Source: a virus (lineage: Duplodnaviria > Caudoviricetes). Taken from it: a stretch of 34,497 nucleotides of DNA. The notes under the pieces were generated by a model. It was not told where the DNA came from and ran no database searches. It worked only from the letters and a program-made list of their open reading frames with translations. Both the position numbers and the translations under genes were made by a program. The first letter of the stretch is position 1, and each line of letters starts with the position of its first letter. Of this stretch, positions 27,536 to 34,497 are shown one piece after another. Location: IMG/VR virus record IMGVR_UViG_3300020403_002101, positions 1 to 34,497 of that record. The stretch is one strand, 5' to 3'.

Positions 27536-28609
27536 ATGGCAAAGAAAAAACAAGAAGTCCAAGAAAGGGCAACAGCAGCAGTAAGAAAATCTTTTAATTT
27601 AGGAAACTTCAAAAAGAAGAAAGGATTCTCAAATGCTTCTGTTAAATTTAAAGAACAAGGCTGGATACCATTATCTAAAGCCTTTCAAGATATAACTTCA
27701 CTACCTGGTATACCAACAGGACATATTACATTATTAAGAGGTCATAGTGATACTGGTAAAACTACTGCTTTAATTGAAGCTGCTGTAGCTGCTCAAAAGC
27801 TTGGTATACTACCAGTCTTTATTATTACTGAGATGAAATGGTCTTGGGAACATGCTAAAGAGATGGGACTTCAGGTAGAAGAAGTAAAAGATGCAGATGG
27901 AAATGTATTAGATTATGAAGGTCATTTCCTATATGCTGATAGAGGTACTCTAAATACTATTGAAGATGTAGCTGTGTATATGGCTGATCTTATGGATGAA
28001 CAAGCTAAGGGTAACTTACCTTTTGATATGTGTTTCTTATGGGATAGTATTGGTTCTGTACCTTGTGATCTATCTGTTAGATCTAATAAAAATAATAATG
28101 AGTGGAACGCGGGTGCGATGTCAACTCAATTCGGTAATAATCTTAATCAAAAGATTTTACTATCAAGAAAAGAAAACTCTCCGTATACTAATACGCTTGT
28201 AGCGATTAATAAAGTATGGACGATGAAACCTGAATCACCTATGGGAATGCCTAAACTTCAAAATAAAGGAGGTATGTCTATGTGGTATGATGCAACATTA
28301 GTAGTTACCTTTGGTAATATTACTAACCCAGGTACATCTAAAATAAAAGCTATTAAAGATGGATTACAAGTAGAGTTTGCGAAGAGAACTAATGTTCAAA
28401 TAGAAAAAAATCATATCGGGGGAGTACAATCTAGGGGTAGAATAGTCATGACTCAACATGGGTTTATACCAGATGATAAACGTGCAATTGATAAGTATAA
28501 AGATGAGCACAAAGATCACTGGTTAAAACTTATTGGTAGTCTAGACTTCAGTCTTATAGAAGAGGGAGATCTTGCAGAAGATCCTATCAACCCGAATCTA
28601 TTAGATTAA
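27536..28609 (+). CDS. RecA/UvsX-like recombinase
   Basis: GIPTGHITLLRGHSDTGKT (Walker A), FLWDSIGS (Walker B), INKVW, KGG, IEKNH. Confidence 0.88.
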   Translation: MAKKKQEVQERATAAVRKSFNLGNFKKKKGFSNASVKFKEQGWIPLSKAFQDITSLPGIPTGHITLLRGHSDTGKTTALIEAAVAAQKLGILPVFIITEMKWSWEHAKEMGLQVEEVKDADGNVLDYEGHFLYADRGTLNTIEDVAVYMADLMDEQAKGNLPFDMCFLWDSIGSVPCDLSVRSNKNNNEWNAGAMSTQFGNNLNQKILLSRKENSPYTNTLVAINKVWTMKPESPMGMPKLQNKGGMSMWYDATLVVTFGNITNPGTSKIKAIKDGLQVEFAKRTNVQIEKNHIGGVQSRGRIVMTQHGFIPDDKRAIDKYKDEHKDHWLKLIGSLDFSLIEEGDLAEDPINPNLLD

Positions 28610-29634
28610 TGGCCTACGAAAAAATACTAAAGAATTTAAAGCAGACCCCACCCCGAGAGCTGAACGATCATATCTTGATCATAGATGCTATGAATATGTT
28701 AATTCGTAGTTTTTCGTTGCTCAAAGCAATGAATCCATCAGGTCATCACATAGGTGGCCTGGTTGGGTTTTTGCGATCTTTAGGGTATGTAACAAGAATA
28801 TTTGATCCTACTAGGGTGGTAGTTATCTGGGACGGTAAAGGAGGTTCCGGAAATAGACAAAATATTAATCCAAATTATAAAGCTCAAAGAGCTACTTCAA
28901 GAATTACTCATTGGGGTCTTTATGACTCTAGAGAAGAAGAGCAAGAAGCTTTGATTGGACAATTATTTAGAACTAAAGATTACTTAGAATGTTTACCTTT
29001 GCAACAAATCGTAATGGAGAAGCTAGAAGCAGACGATATAATAGCTTATTTAGCAAAAAGAGCTTCGAACGCAGGAAAGAAAGTCACTATAGTGTCATCA
29101 GACAAAGATTTCTTTCAACTGATAGATAATAATATTGAAGTATATGCTCCAGTAAAAAAGAAAACTTTTACTATCGAGAATATAAAAGAAGAGATTGGAG
29201 TATTACCTCAAAATTTTAATATTGTAAAAGCATTATTAGGGGATAATTCTGATAATCTACCAGGAGTAAAAGGATTAGGAATCAAAACTATTTTATCTGA
29301 ATGGAAAAGTTTTACATACGACCCTAATGCTTCATTACAAGATGTATGGGATCATTGTGAAACTCAAATGGAACAAGATAAACCTAAAAAAATATTTGCA
29401 AAAATATTACATAACTTTGATAGAGTAGTAGATAATTTTGCTATGATGGATTTACATCAAACTCAATTAGACGAAAAAGAAATAAAAACAGTAGAGGATA
29501 TTTTTAAGGCTAAAATACCAGATTTACAGACAGGTGTATTCTTATCGTTATTAGATCAAGATAAAATTGAGGGAGTTACTAAAAATACTGAAGGTTGGTT
29601 AGAAAACTTTAGAGGATTAACAACAGTAAAATGA
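28609..29634 (+). CDS. 5'-3' exonuclease / flap endonuclease (PolI N-terminal, T4 RNase H-like)
   Basis: LIIDAMN, VIWDG, YKAQR, EADDIIAY, IVSSDKDFFQL, LLGDNSDNLPGVKGLGIKT. Confidence 0.93.
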   Translation: MAYEKILKNLKQTPPRELNDHILIIDAMNMLIRSFSLLKAMNPSGHHIGGLVGFLRSLGYVTRIFDPTRVVVIWDGKGGSGNRQNINPNYKAQRATSRITHWGLYDSREEEQEALIGQLFRTKDYLECLPLQQIVMEKLEADDIIAYLAKRASNAGKKVTIVSSDKDFFQLIDNNIEVYAPVKKKTFTIENIKEEIGVLPQNFNIVKALLGDNSDNLPGVKGLGIKTILSEWKSFTYDPNASLQDVWDHCETQMEQDKPKKIFAKILHNFDRVVDNFAMMDLHQTQLDEKEIKTVEDIFKAKIPDLQTGVFLSLLDQDKIEGVTKNTEGWLENFRGLTTVK

Positions 29635-29813
29635 AAAAACTAAAAGAAAAGTTATACGGATGGGCGATGGAATCTCCTTTACGTAAATGGGCACTATCGC
29701 TTACAGGATGGAAGTGGTGGTTTTATCAAATAGTAGTTTGCGGTATTATATTTCTTATTATGGAATGGTTATTAAATAAAATAGGAATGACAATGTTACC
29801 ATGGAAACAATGA
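29631..29813 (+). CDS. Small membrane protein
   Basis: 60 aa, Trp-rich with one hydrophobic segment (WWFYQIVVCGIIFLIMEWLL); overlaps both neighbours. Confidence 0.6.
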   Translation: MKKLKEKLYGWAMESPLRKWALSLTGWKWWFYQIVVCGIIFLIMEWLLNKIGMTMLPWKQ

Positions 29814-30226
29814 AAAAAGGAGTAATAGCAGGTAATTTTGACGTTATACATCCAGGATATATTAATATGTTCAAGGAAATGGCAGACAATTGCGACTGTG
29901 TTATAGTATTACTTCACACTGACCCTTCAATTGAAAGACCACATAAGTTAAAACCTATTTTATCATCAGATGATAGAAAAGAAATGTTAGAAAGTATCAA
30001 GTATATAGATGATGTGATAAGATATACTTATGAAGAACAATTATACGATTTACTTAAAGTAGGAGAATTTGATGTAAGATTTTTAGGGGATGATTATAAA
30101 AATAAACCTTTTACTGGTGATGATTTAAAAATACCTATCCACTATCTTAATAGAGATCATGGATGGTCAACAACTAAGTTTAAACAGTTAATCGCAGAGA
30201 GTTATGAAAAAGCTAATAATAGTTAG
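29801..30226 (+). CDS. Cytidylyltransferase-like nucleotidyltransferase (TagD-like); start may be 29810
   Basis: GNFDVIHPGY (HxGH variant), R..ML.SIKYIDDV, GDDY, R..GWSTTK. Confidence 0.85.
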   Translation: METMKKGVIAGNFDVIHPGYINMFKEMADNCDCVIVLLHTDPSIERPHKLKPILSSDDRKEMLESIKYIDDVIRYTYEEQLYDLLKVGEFDVRFLGDDYKNKPFTGDDLKIPIHYLNRDHGWSTTKFKQLIAESYEKANNS

Positions 30227-30626
30227 CGGGTACTTTAATCCGTTACATAAAGGACATCTTGATCTTTTTGAAAAAGCAAAAGAAGCTGGAGACTTACTTT
30301 GTGTTATCGTCAATAATGATAAGCAAAGAGAAATGAAAGGTTCTAAATTTTTTATGGATGAAGAAGAAAGAATAAAAATTATTAGAGCTTTAAGTATTGT
30401 AGATATGGCTTGGATTTCAGTAGATGAAGATTCAACTCAAAATGCTACTTTAAAGCTCATGGTAGATAAATTTTATGGTTCTATGAAACTTGCATTTGCT
30501 AATGGTGGTGATCAAAATAACGATACAATCCCAGAAGCAGATATATGCAGACAGTTTGGTATAGAATTAATTGACGGACTAGGAGATAAAATACAGTCAA
30601 GTAGTTGGTTATTAGACAAAAAGTAA
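30204..30626 (+). CDS. Cytidylyltransferase-like nucleotidyltransferase
   Basis: VSGYFNPLHKGH, VIVNND, FANGGD, KIQSSSWL. Confidence 0.88.
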   Translation: MKKLIIVSGYFNPLHKGHLDLFEKAKEAGDLLCVIVNNDKQREMKGSKFFMDEEERIKIIRALSIVDMAWISVDEDSTQNATLKLMVDKFYGSMKLAFANGGDQNNDTIPEADICRQFGIELIDGLGDKIQSSSWLLDKK

Positions 30627-30634
30627 TTATATTA
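30605..30634 (+). promoter_or_regulatory. TTG-N20-TATATT promoter upstream of the helicase
   Basis: TTG 30605-30607, TATATTA 30628-30634. Confidence 0.6.
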
Positions 30635-30653
30635 ATAAAACAAATTAGGTTAT

Positions 30654-31991
30654 ATGACATTAAAGAGATTACAAGAGTACGGTAAAGGTTTTCAACTTAA
30701 AGTACTCGGCTCACTCCTTACAGATAAAAAATTCCTCTTAAACGTTAGAGATGTATTGCACGATCATTATTTTGATGCAGACTCTCATAAGTGGATAGTA
30801 TCTGAAATCTGTAAGTATTTTGATAAGTATCATACGAACATTACGATGGACGTTCTTAAAGTAGAACTTCAAAAAGTAGAAAACGATGTACTTAAAGTCG
30901 CACTTAAAGAAGAGTTAAGAAACTCTTATGAAGCTTCTCAAGATGATTTAGAATATGTACAAGAAGAGTTTACTAACTTCTGTAAGAATCAAGAAATGAA
31001 AACTGCTATACTTAACTCAGCAGACTTACTTAAAGATAGTGATTTTGACGGTATCAGAAATCTAATTGAAAAGGCTATGAAAGCCGGTATGGATAAAAAT
31101 ATAGGACATGAATATAACAAAGATGTTGAAACAAGGTATCGTAATGATTACCGTCCTACTATTCCTACTCCTTGGCCTGTTCTCAATGATGGTATACAAG
31201 GTGGGTTTGGTCCTGGCGACCTTGGGATTATTTTTGGTAGTCCCGGTGGTGGTAAATCTTGGACTATGGTTGCTATTGCTGCTCATGCTGTATCACTTGG
31301 TCATAAGGTTAACTACTACACCTTAGAGTTAGGAGAAGATTATGTAGGTAAAAGATTTGACTGTTACTTCACTGGTTATAGTATCGATGAAATAAATAAA
31401 CATCGTAAAGAAGTACAGACATATGTAGATAACTTAAAAGGTAAACTAATAGTAAAAGAGTATCCACCAAAAGGAGCTACTGTAAATACTATTAAATCTC
31501 ATATTCAGAAATGTATGGATATGAATCATAAACCAGACATAATTATCATAGATTATGTTGATTACTTAAAAGCGCCTTCAAGAGGTAGAAATAGTGAACG
31601 TAAAGATGAAATCGATGACGTTTTTATAGCTACTAAAGGATTAGCAAAAGAACTTAAAATTCCTATTCTTACACCTTCTCAGGTTAATAGAATGGGGGCT
31701 AAGGATAATGTAATCGAAGGAGACAAAGCTGCTGGTTCTTACGATAAGATGATGGTAGCAGATATTTGTTTGTCTTTATCAAGGCAAAAAGAGGATAAAG
31801 TTTTAGGAACTGGAAGAGTGCATGTTATGAAAAATAGATATGGACAAGATGGTATGACATATAATGTAAAAATGGATACTAACAACGGACATATTGAATT
31901 TGAAGGGAAGCCATATGAGGAGGATGAAACGGAAGCTAATGCAGGACCTAGGTTTACGCTTGATAAAGAGACAATGGAAAAATTATTTTAA
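30654..31991 (+). CDS. Replicative DNA helicase (DnaB / T4 gp41-like, SF4)
   Basis: GSPGGGKS (Walker A), YTLEL, IIIDYVDYL, PSQVNR, KNRYG. Confidence 0.93.
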   Translation: MTLKRLQEYGKGFQLKVLGSLLTDKKFLLNVRDVLHDHYFDADSHKWIVSEICKYFDKYHTNITMDVLKVELQKVENDVLKVALKEELRNSYEASQDDLEYVQEEFTNFCKNQEMKTAILNSADLLKDSDFDGIRNLIEKAMKAGMDKNIGHEYNKDVETRYRNDYRPTIPTPWPVLNDGIQGGFGPGDLGIIFGSPGGGKSWTMVAIAAHAVSLGHKVNYYTLELGEDYVGKRFDCYFTGYSIDEINKHRKEVQTYVDNLKGKLIVKEYPPKGATVNTIKSHIQKCMDMNHKPDIIIIDYVDYLKAPSRGRNSERKDEIDDVFIATKGLAKELKIPILTPSQVNRMGAKDNVIEGDKAAGSYDKMMVADICLSLSRQKEDKVLGTGRVHVMKNRYGQDGMTYNVKMDTNNGHIEFEGKPYEEDETEANAGPRFTLDKETMEKLF

Positions 31992-32007
31992 AAATTAACA
32001 AAAAAAA

Positions 32008-32040
32008 TTGGCAAGAACGTAAATATATATTATATTTATT
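32008..32040 (+). promoter_or_regulatory. TTG-N20-TATATT promoter overlapping TATTTATT, upstream of nrdB
   Basis: TTG 32008-32010, TATATTT from 32031. Confidence 0.6.
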
Positions 32041-32043
32041 TAA

Positions 32044-32076
32044 GTCTGCCGTCTACAAGATAGAGCAGACATTTTT
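32044..32076 (+). terminator. Bulged hairpin with short T-run between helicase and nrdB
   Basis: GTCTGC-cg-TCTA-caaga-TAGA-GCAGAC followed by ATTTTT. Confidence 0.5.
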
Positions 32077-32107
32077 GTCTATAATACTAAAAAATATATA
32101 AAGATAT

Positions 32108-33085
32108 ATGAGTTTATTAAAAGAGAGAGTTGTATATAAACCCTTCGAATATCCCAAAGCATACGATTACTGGTTAAAGCAACAACAAGCACATTGGCTA
32201 CATACTGAAGTACCAATGGCACAGGACGTTTCCGACTGGAAAGGTAACATGAAAGATCACGAAAAGAACGTAGTAGGTCAAATTCTTAAAGGATTTGCTC
32301 AAACTGAAACAATAGTAAATGACTATTGGTCAACATTAGTAACTAAATGGTTTAGGAAACCTGAAGTTATTATGATGGGAACTACTTTAGGTTCAAGTGA
32401 AACTATTCATGCTGAAGCATACTCTCTTTTAAACGAACAATTAGGATTAGACAACTTTGCTGAGTTTTTAGAAGATGAAACTACAGCAGCTAAGATAGAA
32501 GCATTAATGGAAGTTAGAGATAACCATGATGGAACTCCTAACTGGCATGAAAGAGCAAAATCTCTTGCAATTTTTTCCGCGTTTACGGAAGGTGTGAACT
32601 TATTTAGTTCATTTGCAGTACTTCTATCTTTTAAAATGAGAAACTTACTGAAAGGTGTAGGACAGATCGTAGAATGGTCAGTAAGAGATGAAAGTTTACA
32701 CTCAGAAGCAGGATGTTGGTTATTTAGAACGTTGATGAAAGAAAATCCTAAATTCAAAACTAAAAAGTTAGTTAAGGAAATAGAAGAAGCTGCTCAATTA
32801 GCTTTACAATTAGAGTTTGATTTTATAGACAAGGTCTTTGAAATGGGTGATTTAGAAAATTTAGGTAAAGACGAACTTAAAAACTTTATCCGTCATAGAG
32901 TAAATACAAAAATGGCAGATTTAGGTCTTGAACCTATAATTCCAGCATCTGAAATTGATAAAGGTGCTTTAAAAACCATGAAATGGTTTGATGCAGTTAT
33001 TGCTGGTAAACAGCATACTGATTTCTTTGCCAATAGAGTAACTAATTACTCGAAAGGTCATTTAGACTGGTCTAACGCATTTTAA
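32108..33085 (+). CDS. nrdB: Class I ribonucleotide reductase beta subunit
   Basis: YKPFEYP, W...EV, ETIHAEAY, EGVNLFSSF, RDESLH, DFFANRVTNY. Confidence 0.95.
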   Translation: MSLLKERVVYKPFEYPKAYDYWLKQQQAHWLHTEVPMAQDVSDWKGNMKDHEKNVVGQILKGFAQTETIVNDYWSTLVTKWFRKPEVIMMGTTLGSSETIHAEAYSLLNEQLGLDNFAEFLEDETTAAKIEALMEVRDNHDGTPNWHERAKSLAIFSAFTEGVNLFSSFAVLLSFKMRNLLKGVGQIVEWSVRDESLHSEAGCWLFRTLMKENPKFKTKKLVKEIEEAAQLALQLEFDFIDKVFEMGDLENLGKDELKNFIRHRVNTKMADLGLEPIIPASEIDKGALKTMKWFDAVIAGKQHTDFFANRVTNYSKGHLDWSNAF

Positions 33086-33094
33086 GAAAAAATA

Positions 33095-34497
33095 ATGAGT
33101 GTACAAGTAAATTATTCCCACTGGGAGAAGGGGAAAGATTATCCTGATTGGATGAACGAAGTTTCGTTAGCTACCATATCAAAAGGATATCTTTTAGCCG
33201 GAGAAACTCCTAAAACAGCATATAAAAGAGTAGCAGATACAATAGCTAAAAGGTTAGATAAACCTGAATTAGCAAATAAATTTTTTAGATATATTTGGAA
33301 AGGATGGCTTAATTTAGCATCTCCAGTATTATCAAATACAGGTACTGATAGAGGATTACCTATTTCGTGTTTTGGTATTGACACACCAGACTCTATCAGA
33401 GGAATTGGACTAACTAACGCAGAATTAATGAGATTAACTTCATTAGGAGGAGGCGTTGGTATTAGTTTATCAAGAGTTAGAGGTAGAGGAGAAAGAATCG
33501 GTGATGGTTCAACAGGACAATCAGAAGGAGTTGTACCGTGGGCTAAGATTTATGACTCTACTATTATTGCAACTAATCAAGGTGCAGTAAGACGAGGAGC
33601 AGCATCAGTTAATTTAGATATTAATCACCCTGATATTCACGAATATCTTGAAATTAGAAGACCAAAAGGAGACCCTAATAGACAGTGTCTAAACCTTCAT
33701 CAAGCAGTTATAGTGGATGATAGCTTTATGCAAAGATTAGAGCATAGAGAACAGGAGGCAATGGATCTCTGGGTAAAAATACTTAAATCTAGAGTAGAAA
33801 CTGGTGAACCTTATATCATGTATAAGGATAATGTAAATAACAACAATCCAGCAGCTTATAAAAAGAATAATTTAGAGGTTACTATGACTAATATTTGTTC
33901 TGAGATTACTCTTTTTACAGATGAAGAGCATTCTTTTATTTGTTGCTTATCTTCAGTTAACCTAACAAAATACGATGAATGGAAAAACACGGACCTAATC
34001 GAAACCGCGATATATTTTTTAGATGGAGTATTAGAAGAGTTTTTAGCAAAAACTTCTGGAAGAGAGTCTCTAGTAAGACCACACAGATCCGCTAAAAAAG
34101 GTAGGGCAGTTGGGTTAGGAGTGTTAGGATGGCATACATTATTACAAAATAAAAGAATACCATTTGCATCAGTAGCAGCTACTTCACTAACTCATCAAAT
34201 ATTTTCTGATATGAGATCAAAAGCTGAAGCAGCATCAAGAAAATTAGCAGATGAATATGGAGAACCAGTATGGTGTAGAGGAACTGGTCAAAGAAATACT
34301 CATTTACTTGCAATTGCACCTACTGTTTCAAATAGTACTATAGCTGGTGGTGTTTCTGCAGGAATCGAACCAATACCTGCTAATGTATTTACATTCAATT
34401 CAGCAAAAGGTACTTTTATTAGAAAAAATAAAGCATTAGAACAATATTTAGAAGAAAAAGGACATAATACTGAAGAAGTATGGGATCAAATTATGAA
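33095..34497 (+). CDS. nrdA: Class I ribonucleotide reductase alpha subunit, no N-terminal ATP cone; 3'-truncated by the window edge (absent from the ORF track)
   Basis: Translated by hand from ATG 33095 and open to the end: ASPVLSN, PISCF, GGGVG, NQGAVRRGA, TGEPY, TNICSEI, CCLSSVNL, GLGVLG, AIAPTVSNS. Confidence 0.95.
   Translation, partial: MSVQVNYSHWEKGKDYPDWMNEVSLATISKGYLLAGETPKTAYKRVADTIAKRLDKPELANKFFRYIWKGWLNLASPVLSNTGTDRGLPISCFGIDTPDSIRGIGLTNAELMRLTSLGGGVGISLSRVRGRGERIGDGSTGQSEGVVPWAKIYDSTIIATNQGAVRRGAASVNLDINHPDIHEYLEIRRPKGDPNRQCLNLHQAVIVDDSFMQRLEHREQEAMDLWVKILKSRVETGEPYIMYKDNVNNNNPAAYKKNNLEVTMTNICSEITLFTDEEHSFICCLSSVNLTKYDEWKNTDLIETAIYFLDGVLEEFLAKTSGRESLVRPHRSAKKGRAVGLGVLGWHTLLQNKRIPFASVAATSLTHQIFSDMRSKAEAASRKLADEYGEPVWCRGTGQRNTHLLAIAPTVSNSTIAGGVSAGIEPIPANVFTFNSAKGTFIRKNKALEQYLEEKGHNTEEVWDQIM

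Noticed and set aside
16019-31326. Short + strand alternative-frame ORFs (16019, 25731, 27996, 31108)
   Set aside because: They are nested in other frames of genes with recognisable motifs and have no independent support.
721-33384. Short minus-strand ORFs in the track (721, 815, 3132, 3640, 3770, 4591, 10345, 12481, 16762, 18214, 22142, 24427, 31062, 32407, 33139)
   Set aside because: All are antisense shadows of well-supported + strand genes and show no motifs. 33139..33384 lies opposite nrdA.
1-34497. tRNAs, CRISPR arrays, introns/inteins, stop-codon reassignment
   Set aside because: Intergenic gaps are short and show no cloverleaf or repeat-spacer pattern. Polymerase, helicase, RecA and RNR genes are uninterrupted, and TAA, TAG and TGA all end genes at sensible positions.

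Overview
A fragment of an AT-rich (roughly 30% GC by eye) myovirus-type phage genome, with all credible genes on the + strand and the standard genetic code. It has three blocks. (1) 1-10.4 kb is a tightly overlapping operon of modification enzymes: a GT7 glycosyltransferase with an inserted LamG-like domain, six divergent radical SAM enzymes that each carry an N-terminal Cys-rich (Twitch/SPASM-like) domain, a stand-alone LamG-like protein and a DxD protein. (2) 10.7-24.8 kb is a contractile-tail module (sheath, tube, chaperone pair, tape measure, tube-initiator-like, LysM/wedge, hub), interrupted by a second DxD/GT2/methyltransferase cassette. (3) 24.8-34.5 kb is a replication and nucleotide module (short family A polymerase, gp32-like SSB, RecA/UvsX, 5'-3' exonuclease, two cytidylyltransferases, DnaB-like helicase, nrdB, partial nrdA). 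A TTG-N20-TATATT promoter-like motif, the lack of Shine-Dalgarno sites and the RNR type suggest a Bacteroidota host (inference). The best candidate for an undescribed system is the six-radical-SAM plus glycosyltransferase array flanking the tail genes, possibly a virion-decoration pathway. A probable +1 frameshift in the tail chaperone and two promoter classes are also visible. All family calls are from motif recognition; no database search was run.
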